A stretch of 64,000 nt of DNA from the human T2T-CHM13v2.0 reference genome, Homo sapiens, in NCBI RefSeq assembly GCF_009914755.1, contig NC_060936.1; one strand, written 5' to 3'. Under the pieces are notes generated by a model. The model was not told the origin of the DNA. It searched no databases and saw only the letters and a program-made list of their open reading frames with translations. The stretch's first letter is position 1. Each line of letters opens with the position of its first letter. Position numbers and translations under genes: made by a program. This document shows positions 16,327-34,071 of the stretch, in pieces.

Positions 16327-17594
16327 TTGAAAACTTCCTTCTAATAGGGCAAGCTTCCTTCTGGGAGCCTGAGCCGAGTCTTGACGAGTAGTAGGTGTTA
16401 GCCCCAAATGGCCCACCTGGAGGGCCCACCTAGAGTCAGGAGGCCACAGGGCTCTGGCTGGAGGCACAGAGGGCGACTTGGTGGAAAAGGTGGGAAAGGA
16501 TGGGTTCAGGGAGGGGAGGACATGGTGGGAACCGCAGCCCCCATGTGGGGAGTGTTTATCATGCACCAGGCCTCATGCTAAGTGCAGTTAGTGTACCATC
16601 CAGTTTTACAAATGAGGAAACAGAGACTCAGAGGCATTAAGTAACTTGCTCATAGCCTCAGTTGGAAGGTGACAGAACCAGAATTCAAACTCAGGCTGTC
16701 AGTGTCTAGGGCCCAGTTGGACCCAGGGCAGAGCAGAATGATATGAGGAGAGGTGGGGAGGTTCCTGGAACAAGGGCCAGAATCTAGTGTGCTCCCTGGG
16801 GATGTGGATAGAGGTCCAGGGACCTCTTTGGATGTGTATACACTCTTGGGTGTGTAGATGTGTTGGGTGACATTTTCTCAGGACATAAAGGCTTCTTCCT
16901 TCCTTCCGATTTCCTTATTTTAGAGCAGGTGACTAGAATCCTGCAGCTGAAGCTAGAGTCTTTTTGGGCATGGGGTGGGTCCCATGTGTTTGGGAAAGCA
17001 GCCACCATGTATGGAAATGCCTCTTGAACAATGGGAATGATGGAGAAGTTGAGAAAAGCTGGAGTTGTAGTGAGTGCAGATGCTGAGCAGTGGGATGGGG
17101 TGCCAGGACACCAGGTCTATTCTGGGGCCTGGAACTGAAAGTCCTCTGTGCCATAATGGGCAGCTGTGGTCTCTCGTCTGACTCCTGCACCTCTTCCCTG
17201 CTTCCTAGCCTCCCTCTTCATGCTGGAATCCCCTGCCCCTCTGCCCCTAGACCACCCCCAACTCCTTCCACAACACAGCCTCCCTCTCTCCCCTTTGGTT
17301 TATTTGAGATTCTCCTGTCCTCAGGATTTTCGGCCTTTGGCCAGAGCCTCTTCAGAAGGTGCGCTCAGGTGGTTGGCCCTTAGAAGGCTGGGCGACAAGG
17401 GGACGGCTCCCCTCAGGGTTGGTGGAGCCAGAATGCTCAGGATCTCTGGGCTGAAGCCCAGGACTCCACCTGGACCCCAATTCATAAGACAGAGAGGGGT
17501 GGCCCAGATACTGCCTATAGGGCAGCCCTGGAGGCAAGGTTCCTCCTCTCCCTTTGAGCCCATCTCTCTACACTGGCCTTGGAGTGGTGGCCAA

Positions 17595-17662
17595 GTGTAT
17601 GTGTGTGTGTGTGATTGTGCGTGCATTTGTGTGTGCATACGTGCGTATGTGCGTGTGTGTGT
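17595..17662. repeat. Imperfect (TG)n microsatellite
   Basis: Directly visible. Confidence 0.85.
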
Positions 17663-19907
17663 GGTGGGGCAGGCAGAGGAATCTGAACTTTAGGAGAGAG
17701 AAAAATAATGTGGTGCAGGGGGTTGGATAACAAAGGATTTTTGCTTGCAACTAATAGTCTCCAGCTGCAAAAATACCAAAGGGGAGGCCAGGCAGGCCGA
17801 GGACTCCAGTTCTTGCCAACTCCTCACCGGCCTGCTGAGTGGGGCCCTGCCTGGCCTTTGGGGAGGTGGAAGGGAGACCGGCCAAGGGTAAATATCTGAG
17901 AGCAGGGATGATCTCTCTGCCTTCCTTCCCGGAATTGGGAGGGAATCCAGGCCACATCCTGAGGCTGGGGGGGCTGATTGTGGAGCTGCACCTGGGATAG
18001 CGGCATCAGATCTCTGCAGGTTTCTTCCTTCTCTCTCTTGCCAAGAGAAGGGTGGATAGGGGGAGCAGGGGCAGGGTATTGCCAGCCCTAGGGCTGGGCA
18101 GTGACTCAGGGAAGCCTCAGGAAGTCGGAGAGAAGGCCGGCCGTAGCTGCGCCAGCTGGTGCTGGGAAAACAGCTTTCACTGATGAAGTTCATACACATG
18201 CCAGCAGCCCCCAGACCCCTGCCGTGCCCACCAAGTAAAGGGCACGCAGCCCTGTTTGACTTCCAGCCACCCTGCTGGCTGCCAGGGGATGCAGGCAGGT
18301 CCCTGCTTTGAGACTTCGATTTCCTTTGGAGGCAGCCCAGCAGCATTCATTTGAATCTGTTTTCTCTGTGGTTACAGCGTGTGGGGCAAAGAATTTGGTT
18401 GCCTTACCCCTGCACTAGGCCCTCTTCCTACAGGGCCTTGGCCTCCTCAAGCTACTCTTCCCCCTCTCTCCAATCTTGTGAGGATGGGACAGTACTGGGG
18501 GCCCAGAGGAAAGAGTGGCTGGGCTTGGGGATGCATGAATACTTACGGGGGTAATACCTCGTCTCTGTGGCCTTGTTCTCCAGGCATTGGGATGGGATTT
18601 AGCAGAGAGGACCTGAAGAAGAAACTAGTTTGATGAAGCCCTCAGTTGGCTCCTTCCCTTCCTGTCCTGTGACTCTGAGTCAGTGTCAGGGCCCAGCCAA
18701 GTTCCTTGAGAGCGGCGTTCCTGTTCTTTTTGCCCCCACCCCACCCTCACCCACTGTTAGGGAGCAGCCCCTGAATCCCTGTGGGGAGGAGGGGGAATTA
18801 GGGAGGGGTCAAGCAGAACAGCAAGTCATTATACCTGTAGCTGTGTGGGGGCAGAAGAATCCCTACTGGGTTGAGTATGGGTAATGGAGGATGAGTTTCA
18901 GCCCAAAGCAGGTAGCCCAAAGATTTCTTTACTTGTTGGGGAAACTGTTGGAGATGGAGTTCCAGGCAGGGGTCCCAGAAAGTCACTGCCTTAGGAGTTT
19001 CCCAGTTTGCAAGAGGCACCATCTCTGATGGTGGTAGTTGAAGGGGGTAGTGAGTAGATGGAAGGAAGCCAGTGGTCCTGGAGAGGAGGAGCCCAGAGGA
19101 GGCCAGCATGTGTCCCTGTCCCCAGACTTCCTGCCTCCTTGACTTCCGGCCACCCTTGCCCTGCCTCTCTTTCCTTTGGCTCTTCTTGGCTTCTTCCATC
19201 TCCTCCAGAACCATGCCTGAAACTGAGTCTAGGCAGCTGGGCTCCATCTCCTTCCCCCACTCCCATCATCCTTAAGCCCCATCTCTTTCTGAGCCATGCC
19301 TCAGTTTGCCCTGAGGATTCTTTCATGGCCCTCCTCCTAGACTCTCTCTCCTCCAGCCCTATGACTTATTCCCCACCTCTTCTGACCCTCCCCAGGACAT
19401 GAGGACATTGAGCAATAAGGACATTGCAGGAACAGGGGACTGGGGCTGAGTAGAGGAAGTTTGGCCCATGTCACTGGTGCCCAACCTTTTGCCCCCATGG
19501 ATCTTCCCTTTGGCATCTCTGTAGAGTTCATATTTTGAAATACTTTTCTCCCAAACTGGGTTTATTAGCGTGTACCCTGCTTTTCCACTTTAAAAATTTA
19601 TGCCATATGTCCAGCTTCCAGTCAGTGCTTCTGGTTAGCATGAGATAACTAGATTTACTGTAGATGGTAGATAAAAGTCCAGTGAAAAGCAAAGATGTGT
19701 AATGTTTTGGTAGCCTCAGTGCTCTTATCCCAAGTAAAAGCAAAGTTAAAAAAAAAAAAAAACTGGACTGAGCTAGTGGACCTGTGCTCTCTACCTTTTG
19801 GTGCCCCAAGAAGATGGTCCCTTTTCAAGGATGGGCTAGAATTGGGAAGTCTGTCAGTCAACCAGCCAGCCAGCATTTACGCAAGCCCTCCTGTATATCC
19901 ACTCTGA

Positions 19908-20207
<300 letters not shown>

Positions 20208-20314
20208 TGAGAGTGGCAGGCGGGGTTCTGGCCCTGGAAGGTGGGAGGCTGAGGCTACAGTGGTAAGGAGGGTGCCCAATGTCCAGACCCCATTTAACAT
20301 GCATCTTCCCACAG

Positions 20315-20537
20315 GAAGGTGTTTTTCACTGACTATGGGCAGATCCCAAAGGTGGAACGCTGTGACATGGATGGGCAGAACCGCACCAAGCTCGTCGACA
20401 GCAAGATTGTGTTTCCTCATGGCATCACGCTGGACCTGGTCAGCCGCCTTGTCTACTGGGCAGATGCCTATCTGGACTATATTGAAGTGGTGGACTATGA
20501 GGGCAAGGGCCGCCAGACCATCATCCAGGGCATCCTG
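20315..20537 (+). CDS. LRP1: LRP1 exon 8
   Basis: 223 nt; [23 protein letters not shown]. Confidence 0.97.
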
Positions 20538-20961
20538 GTGAGGGAGCTACTGTCTGAGGTTTTGTGGGGGAACCATGATCCAGGGCCTTCTGGTGAGGGG
20601 GGAAGCCTCTGTAGGGGAACCGTTCTCTGAGTCTCCTGGTAAAGAGCGTGGATGCCCCAGGCCTCTAGTGGGAGTGGGGTGGGCTTGAATACTGCAGAGA
20701 AAGGACAAGATACGGGTTCCACTGTGATGGGAACAGTCATTTTAGAAACACCACTTCTGTTTACTTCCTGTTTCTCATTTGACCCTTATAATAACCCCTA
20801 GCTGATGAACAGGGAGGTGGTTCAGTTCCCTTTCAGCAGATGAAAAAGCAGGATCAAAGAGGTTAGGTGATTTGCCTGTGTTTACAAAGCCGGGTGATAG
20901 CACTGGAACTTGTTCTAGAAGCCTTGCTGGCTCAGAGGTGGCATCTCCATTGTGGGATAAT

Positions 20962-21078
20962 TAGTGTGAGCAACCAGCCCAGTTTGCCTAGGACTGTCCC
21001 AGTTTTAGCCCTGAAAGTCTGGTAAGCCAGCAAACCCTTACCTTTGTCTTAGGCAAACTAGGACAGTTGGCCACCGCA
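20962..21078. mobile_element. MER81-like hAT MITE
   Basis: caaccagcccagtttgcctaggactgtcccagttttagc...ggcaaactaggacagttggccacc inverted ends. Confidence 0.65.
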
Positions 21079-21501
21079 GATAAGCTATGTGGGTAGTCAG
21101 GGGTGTTACAGGACTTGCTTGGGGCAAGTGTGTCCTCTTAGCCCTCATAACAGACTAAGAATGTCCTCTGTGGACAGAGTTTAGAGCCCATCTCTAATTC
21201 AGTCTAAAATCACTAAAGTGTCTAACGAGTGCCTAATTCTGTGAAGGACAGGGTTTCTGCCCTCAAGGGGTCTGAGTAGAGTGGGTGAGATAAGTCCACA
21301 AATCACTGTGCCAGACACGGATAGATAGCAGTGTCACGGAGGATGTATAGAAGGAGAAAACATCTCTGGTTAGAAGATTCCATAAATTCTTTAAAGACAT
21401 GCTCTGTAGAGGATGAGTGGGATCTTGGTAAGCAAAAATCTTCAGAATAGGTTAGTCCAGCCAGAGGAGACAGGAGTAAAGCATTGAGTTAAAAAATGGT
21501 G

Positions 21502-21810
<309 letters not shown>

Positions 21811-21860
21811 ACTACAGGATGAATTGGGGAATGCAGGTCATGAAGTCTGGAGGAAGCTGA

Positions 21861-22406
<546 letters not shown>

Positions 22407-22590
22407 TGACTACTGAAGCCCCCACTCCAAGAGTTTGAAGGCTGGGTTGTTGGGGGGCAGAGGGTTTCCACCCCTGTGGCTTCCAAATCCTAAAATGGGA
22501 TAGCAAGCACAAAGACCACAGCAGCAGGGGGTGTGGTCAGATTCAGGAAGCCTTCTCAAGGCCTGGCACAGGGGCTCTGAGGGGTCCTAA

Positions 22591-22761
<171 letters not shown>

Positions 22762-23167
22762 TGACAGGGAAGGGGGTGTGTGCCCATTGGGAGGCTGCGG
22801 GAGGGTTCCTCAGGTGTCCCCCACAGCCCGGCTGCCTCTGTCTGACATGCAGGGAGATGAAGGAAGTGTCCCAGAGTGTACCTGCTAGTGAGGGCAGAGA
22901 TGGGACTTGAATCCATATTCGAAAAAAGTGCTTTTCTCACTCACCCACCGGACTCTGCAGAAAACTAAACTGATTCATTCAGCAAGTGTCTAGTGAGCAG
23001 TGAGCACTCACTACATGTTTGGCACTGTTCTGGTCATCAGGATTAAGCAGCGAACGAGATAGATGTTGTCCCTGGCCTCATGGAGCTTATAGTCTAGTTG
23101 GGGAAACAAATAAATGTAACTTTAGGTGGTAATAAGTGGTTATGAAGAAAATAAAACAGAGAATAGT

Positions 23168-23475
<308 letters not shown>

Positions 23476-24191
23476 GCAGAGAATAGAGTTAATGAGGAGA
23501 GCAAGGGCCTCTCTGAGGATGTGGTGTTTGAGCCAAGCTCTCTGTGAAATGAAGAGGGCAACCATGTAACTCCCTGAGGGAGGAGCATGTCCGGCAGAGG
23601 AAATCAACAGTGCAAAGGCCCTGAGGCCAGTGTGAGTGTGGCAAGCCAGAGGAACAGCACGAAGGCCAGCGGGGCTGAGTGGTGTGAGGGCAGAGAAGGA
23701 GGCAGGGGTTGGATTTTATTATATCTGGGATAGGAAGCTCATAGTGACTTTTGAGAATGGAAGTGACATGATTGGATTCACATTTGTATAAAAGTCACGC
23801 TGCTACTGGGTGGGGGATGGGCAGTAGGGAAGTAGCCAGAAGACTTTCAGTGTAGTGGGCAAGAAGTGATGTGGTTTACACTAGGATGGCAGCAGAGGAA
23901 GTGGTAAACAGTGATGTGACTCCAACATATTTTGAAGGTACTCCTTTTATACCACTGATTTCATGACTGATCAGTGGGCACTTAGCTGAAAACCTGCTAT
24001 TCTTCCCTCATTTCCTACCCTTGGAGTGCAGAGGTCAGACCCCAGGGTATTGCGGCCAGGACCCATCGTCCTGTATGTTAGCGTGTGCGTGGTCTGTCCA
24101 TCTGACCCAGAGCCTCGCATCCCTAACGTCTCCTGACCCATCACAGCTAGGGCATTGCAGCCCCTTGGCCGCAGCCCCTGGGTGGGGATGA

Positions 24192-24485
<294 letters not shown>

Positions 24486-25626
24486 TAGGGATGTGGCCCA
24501 TGGGGATGGAAGGGGGCTGGGGCCCAGGCATCTGTTTCTCGGTGCCCTCTCAGCAGGATGGTCCCCTGCTGACTGGCTGGCTGCACTGGTTGGCATGGAG
24601 ATGAGGGGATAGACAGATTGACCCCTGTGTGACCCCCTTCTTGGCTGAGCCAAAGAGGCAGGGTTAGGATGGGTTAGGCAGCATGGGCCGTCCTTGCCAG
24701 CCCTTGGGAAAACTCAGGGTCTGTCTGCATTGGCTTAGAGCCCTGGAGCTGCACACAGCACACAGCCAGGGGACAACTGAGGTCTTGAATTGGAGACAGG
24801 CCTGCCAGATCAAAACAGGGCACACCCACATGTATGTGCGCACACAGGGTCTGTGCAGCTGACCTTGCAGTCGCCAAAAACTGCATGCTAATGTGTCCTG
24901 AGAAAATTGTGTTTTGTGAGTTGCATCCAGGTCTTCCCTCTGAGCTGCTTGGGCAGGTTCACAGTGCATTGTCTTTTTAATGTCTATGTGAAGGATTCTG
25001 AGCTGTACGAGTTCTGCCCCAAATCTGCACTTGGGCCTCAGGATCAGGCCGCCTCCCCATCAATCTGGTGGATGCCAGTTATAACCTTTGCCCTGCACCC
25101 CATCCACACTGTAGTTCAGAGAAAATCAACAGTCAGCAATCATATCACAAGACTTTGGGGAAATCAAAAGTAACTCATCAGGAAAAGATTAGGGGTCCCT
25201 ATACCAAGGGAACTGCTATTTAAAGGACACTTGGAGTGAAGGCTTTGGCTAAGTGAAAAATCACTTCCTAATTTATTCATTTTGTTAGTTCAGGATTTTT
25301 AGGCCTAGGATATGATGTCACACTTGTGCCCAGAGCCACATGCCCGTTGTTTCAGCTCTCCATGCAGGCACGGGCCAGATGCCCTCACACGAGAGCCCAC
25401 ATCAGCCATGTAGTTTACCATCTGCCACGTGTGGTTTTGAGAGGCTAGCCCTGATACAAATGGCAGCACACAGGGCTTTCCCCTATTCCTTTTCCAGCCT
25501 CCTGTCCCTACCCCCACCCATCTGTCTAGGGCCCCAGAGGGTCCCTGCACCCCTCTGTAGCCCAGACTGCTCAAAGGTACCTGAGTCCGGGAGGGCCAGA
25601 GGCAGGCAGCTTTGAACTTCCTTTGA

Positions 25627-25842
<216 letters not shown>

Positions 25843-26019
25843 TGAGTCCTCCCAGGCCTTGGGGTGGGAGGAGCTGGGAGTGTGTGGGCCTCAGATAACT
25901 GGAGGATGAAATGGACAGGGAAGCAGGGGAAGGCAGGTGAGGCGGGATACTTTAGCAGGAATGAGAGTCTGCAAGGGGAGAAGGAGTCCCTGTCTTCAGG
26001 GAAATGGGAGTGATTCCTT

Positions 26020-26592
26020 AAACATAGAAGAAATCTGATCCTGTCACTCCCAGTTCAGGGCCTTCCACCAGCTCCCCTTACCCTGAGAATGAGGCCCACG
26101 TTCTTGTCAGGCCTGCACAGCCCCACAGTGTCTGCCTGGCCCTTGTCTGACCTCATCTGCATCCCGCTTCCCACACTTGAAGTTCTGTCCCCACTGCCTG
26201 CTGTCTGTTTCTCAAACAAGCACCCCGGCTCCTCCTGCCTCAGGGCTTTTGCTCTTGGAGTTCCTCAGCCTGGAACTCCCAGATATTTGCCGGACTGGCT
26301 TCTTCTCTACATCAAGTCTCACTCATGCCACCTCCTCATGGTGGCCTTCTCCATCACTCCCCTGACACCCCCACCTGCAGCCCGGTCACTCTCCACCCCA
26401 TCACCCTGCTTTATTTCCCTCCTGGCCTTTATCGCTCTCCATGTAACCTTGATTGACCTGTTTCTTGTGGGATGGGAGCTCCGTGGGAGCAGGGACCTTG
26501 GCTGCCTTGGTCTCCACTGCATCCATGAATGCCAAAACTGTGCCCAACTTACAGGCACTCAACAAATATTTGTTGAATGGAGTGAATGAATG
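26020..26592 (+). mobile_element. L2 3' fragment
   Basis: Ends in ctcaacaaatatttgttgaatg(aatg)n, typical of L2. Confidence 0.65.
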
Positions 26593-26728
26593 AAATGTGT
26601 GGTCCAGTGATGAGCAGGACAGGAGACCCCTGTGAGGAGCTCTGGGACAGCACTCATGGATTGGGATCACAGGGGAGGCTGTTGATGGCGGGGGTGCCCA
26701 GGTGATGCTGACCAGTCGCTGCCCACAG

Positions 26729-26951
26729 GTGGATGTACTGGACAGACTGGGAGGAGGACCCCAAGGACAGTCGGCGTGGGCGGCTGGAGAGGGCGTGGAT
26801 GGATGGCTCACACCGAGACATCTTTGTCACCTCCAAGACAGTGCTTTGGCCCAATGGGCTAAGCCTGGACATCCCGGCTGGGCGCCTCTACTGGGTGGAT
26901 GCCTTCTACGACCGCATCGAGACGATACTGCTCAATGGCACAGACCGGAAG
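26729..26951 (+). CDS. LRP1: LRP1 exon 13
   Basis: 223 nt; [23 protein letters not shown]. Confidence 0.97.
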
Positions 26952-27806
26952 GTGGGCAGGCATGTGCCTGTGTGGGGGAATCTGTGTGTGTTGCTAGACC
27001 ATGCTTGGGCGTGGATGAGGTTCTGTGTGAGTATGTGGGTATCTGTGTGTGTCCAGGCCTGTGTGCCTCTATAGATGTGTGCATCTATTTTTCTGTGCAT
27101 CTATAGATGTGTACATCTGTGAGCTTGCATGTCTTATGTATTGTGTTGTTTGTTTGAGGATTGCCTCCATTTGCGTCTCTTTGTGTCTATTCGTGTTGTC
27201 TGTGAAGTTGACTGTCCATGTGCCAGTCTCTGCATACACACCATGTGCGCCTCCTCATGTGTGTGCATAGATACACGGCATGCCTTGGTGTGTGTCTGCA
27301 CTCTCTGCAAGTGTGAGGGCCTAGGGACGGCATATCTCTACACTTGGTCATTTGGGTTGTCATGTGCTTCACGAGTCATGTACGTGTTCTAGTATATAAG
27401 GCCCTTCATGATATGGCCCCTGACCCCCTCTCTGGTCTCTTTTCTCCCCACTTCCTTCATCCCAACACTCTTTGAACAAGCAGCACTAGACAGCTTGCTC
27501 CTCCCAGCACACGTCACAGAGCATCTGCCCTCTGTGCCATTACTCATGCAGTTCATTCCACATGGAATGTTCACCCCAGCTCCTCTTCCCCTGGCAGACT
27601 GCTCAGGGGCTACCTCCCCTAGGATGTCATCTCCAGACCCCTCTTCACACTGGATCACCCGTATGTGCCCTATCTGAGACAGTGGGAAGCTCAAGGGCAG
27701 AGATCGTGTCGTTTTCACCTCTTACTACCTACTACAGCTCAGCCCCTAACAGATCCTGGTAAATGTTGAAGAAATGAATGGATGAATACTGCCCGTCTGC
27801 TCATTA

Positions 27807-27876
27807 GTGTGTGTGTGTGCGCGCACGCATATGAGTGTGTGTGTGTGTGTGTGCACGTATGTGTGTGTGTGTGTGT
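27807..27876. repeat. (TG)n/(CG)n alternating purine-pyrimidine tract
   Basis: Directly visible. Confidence 0.9.
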
Positions 27877-28152
27877 TTGGGGACTATGAATGAATAGGAA
27901 TGAGCCCAGGAGAGGACCATATGGACAACCTCACCATCAGCATCCTTGCTGGATCACTCGATCACCCGCTGGCTTCAGGATCTACCATCCCACTGTGTGC
28001 AAAACTATCACTCTCTGGGGCTCCCAGGCTAATGGGGGAAACAAAGCAAAACCCATGCCCAGGACATAGACAAATGAATGTACAAAACAGTGATCTCACA
28101 GGCCTCCCTCAATTTTCTTCCAACTCCTTAGTAACATCCTCTCCATCCCTAG

Positions 28153-28413
<261 letters not shown>

Positions 28414-28641
28414 TGATTTGAGACTTCCCTGGGAGTGAAGGCACTTCCCAGGGATCCTAGGCTCTGACTTTTGAGGATCCTGAGAAGAGAACTCCCCCAA
28501 CACAATCTGATTCTCTGTTCCCCATTTCCCTTCCTGCCCCATGTCTGTGTCTCCTGTTCTTCAACATGATCTTCTTCCTCTCCATATTTCCTCTTTCTGT
28601 CCCCACATCTTAATGTGTCTCCTCCCCTATCCCTTCTCTGA

Positions 28642-28926
<285 letters not shown>

Positions 28927-29131
28927 TGAGGGGCCCTTAGGGGGCCAACAGGAAGCAAGGGAGGGGGAGAGCAAAGGCTCTGGGGGCTAGGAGGGAGTTT
29001 AGGGAAGATGGGAGGCTGGGAGGGACTTGTGAGGGGATGGCAATTAGGGGAAACTGAGTGAAGAATGGACAGCTATGGATGGAAGGAGGAAATTATCCTT
29101 CACTTCTTTTAAATGTATTTCTCCATTACTA

Positions 29132-30140
<1,009 letters not shown>

Positions 30141-31441
30141 CTATGATTTACTTTCACATAAATGGAGTCGTGCTGCACATACTGTTCTGTTTCCTGCTTT
30201 TGTCACTTGACAGTATGTAACGAGTACATAAGCAGCATTTTTAATGGCTAAAATATATTTCATTTGATAAATTTCACGTAATTTACTCAACCGTTTCTCT
30301 ACTGTTGGATGTTTAGGTTGTTTCCAGTTTTTTGATATAATCACAACCCATGTTTGTTGAGCATGGACTGTGTGCTCAGCACTGTCATGGACATTTCCCT
30401 TGCAGTAATTTGTTTACCCCTAAAAACATCCTGGTGGGAAAAGTGGTTTTATTATCCCCATTTTACAGATGAAAAAACTGAGGCCCAAAGTTAGAGCAGG
30501 ATTTAAACCCATGAAGTTTGACCCAGAGCCTGTTTTGTAATCATGCCTCTGCTATTTCTCACATCATCATGCCTGCCCATATTCTGGATGGTTTCCTTAG
30601 GATAGAATCCCGGAAGTGAAAATGGGTCAGTGCAGCCATAGTGTACACCTAGGAGGGAGTGGCTGGGGTCAGGAGAGGGCGTTGGCTGAGAGGGTTAAGG
30701 AATGGAGGGGCCAAGGTAATGGGAGGATCATCCACATGGAAGTTGAAGTCACCAAGAACTGAACCAGGAGTGATTTTGGAGAAAGTGCTGGTGAGCCAGG
30801 AGCTAAAAACCCTTACAGATGACAGGGTGCAGCCTGGGAGCCTTCCAGAAGTAGAGGTTGGTACAGAAGCATGATGTAAGGGGAAGAACAGTCCAGGGAA
30901 CAGCAGTGAGGAGCAAGGAGGACACATACCAGCCTCCAGGTCCATGGTCCATGGGATACGGGAGGGGAAATCGCCACCCATGGGGCCATGGGAAGTTTCA
31001 GAGATTAGAGAGGGGTGGGAGATGAGTCAGACCAGGCAAGCGCCCAGCTGTGAGGTCTGGAGACCGGGCTCACACAGGAGCCTGCACTTGTGGAGGTTAC
31101 CAAGGCACAGACAAAGGACGTCGTGATTTAGCTGCTAATGGGCCAAGACAGATAGTGATGGTGAGGCATACGTTCTGGGGACAGGATGGGTGGAGCCTGC
31201 GCGGATGTGGTGCCATCTTCACTTCTGCTGGTGGGACCGATGAAACTGTGAAATAAAAAGTCCAGGGACCGGGGCAGGGCCCTGGGGTTCCCGGAGATGA
31301 CTTCCAAGGGGAAGTTCATGGAGAAGTCAGGGAAGGAGTGGGGAGAGCCTGTTCGGTGGTGACAGAGGTATAGAGGCCATGGGCTCTCTTGGACACCATT
31401 TGATTCTCAGGTCACACTGAAGTACAGTAAGCATTAAGTAG

Positions 31442-31900
<459 letters not shown>

Positions 31901-31903
31901 TGA

Positions 31904-32527
<624 letters not shown>

Positions 32528-32765
32528 CTAGACTGGAGAGGAGGAACAAGGCAGGGTAGATCTCCTCCTGGGAGGATACCAGAGACCCCTTGAGAGAAAG
32601 AGTAAAGCATCCAGTGAGACCAGAGAGATGGTTTTGAATTCTCTAAGAGAAATGGTTTTGGATCCTTGGAAATAAGGGACACCAAAGGCAGAGAATAATA
32701 GGGAAGAAGAGGCAGTGAAGAGAGGGTCAGGACAATGAGTACTCACACCCATCCCTGCCCCCCAG

Positions 32766-32882
32766 CCCGCACCTGCCCCCCCAACCAGTTCTCCTGTGCC
32801 AGTGGCCGCTGCATCCCCATCTCCTGGACGTGTGATCTGGATGACGACTGTGGGGACCGCTCTGATGAGTCTGCTTCGTGTG
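32766..32882 (+). CDS. LRP1: LRP1 exon 18, CR5
   Basis: 117 nt; [29 protein letters not shown]. Confidence 0.97.
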
Positions 32883-33230
32883 GTAAGAGGGATGGGCAGA
32901 GGGAGTCAGGCTGGGCCTGGGGGAGGGGCATCCTGAGAGCATGCCAGTTGGGGGTGCCGGAGACACCTGCAACCCAGCACTTGGGTGGCCTTGAGTGAGT
33001 TAATCTCGGTGGCCTCTGTGAGAGGAGAGCCCCATCATCACAGCATTGTGTCTCAGCAAACTCATGCAGGAAAAGCACTCAGCACAGGTCCTGTGTCTGC
33101 TGACTCATGGGGATGAGTGAGTGGAGTTTCCAGCCGAGGCACTGCTGCGGGGCCTTCCCCACCCTTCCTGACTGGGCTAAGGGCTGCTGGTTATGGGAGG
33201 GCCGCTGCACTCACCTGCCCAGTACTGTGA

Positions 33231-33392
<162 letters not shown>

Positions 33393-34020
33393 TAAGACAG
33401 CTAGAGGCTACAGCCAGGCCCTCCAGGGAAGTCAAAGGGCTTCAGAATCCAGCAGGGCCTCCCTCCAGGACACTGAATCCCTGCTGGGTTGCCTGGGAGA
33501 AAATAGGAGAAGTCAGAAATGCCTGGAGGGAGCCACGATGGACCAAGGGGAGACCATCACCTTTTAGTGTCATTCCTACCCCAGGCAGGGCCTGAGCTGC
33601 CCACCCTCTAGTAGGGCTCGGAGGCCAGGGAGAGATGAGTGAGATGGGCCAGAGAGGCAGAGCAAGGAGAAACCGGTGCCTGACTCCTTTCTCCTTGCAA
33701 ACCCCCATTTCCTGGAGTCCTTGGTGCACCCCTCAGGCTCTGGGCTTCAGGCTCAGAAGCCCACCTGGCAGATAGCCATGGACCAGGTGATGTCAGCCTT
33801 GAGCCACCAGGGCTAGTATGTGTGTAAATGTGCGGGCAGGTGACTGCCGTGTGTGGTGTCTCAGGGCTCTGTTCTGTCTGTGTTGTGTTGTGACGTGCTG
33901 CCCCAGTGGTTCCTGTCCCAGCTGATGTGTGAGCGGATGTGTTGGGTCAGTGCCACGTTGCCCCTCACTTTTGCTGTGTCTCGCATGCCAATGGTTGCCC
34001 CGGCGGTTTCTGTGTTTCAG

Positions 34021-34071
34021 AGAAGGATTGTGGGGACGGCTCTGACGAACAGACCTGTCCTGAGCCTGCCG
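34021..34071 (+). CDS. LRP1: Non-canonical alternative exon '19a': paralogous C-terminal half of CR6
   Basis: gtttctgtgtttcag|AGAAGGATTGT..CCTGCCG|gtcagt; 51 nt, phase 1-1; in the exon-19 frame reads [17 protein letters not shown], an intact LDLa DCxDxSDExxC motif. Confidence 0.85.
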
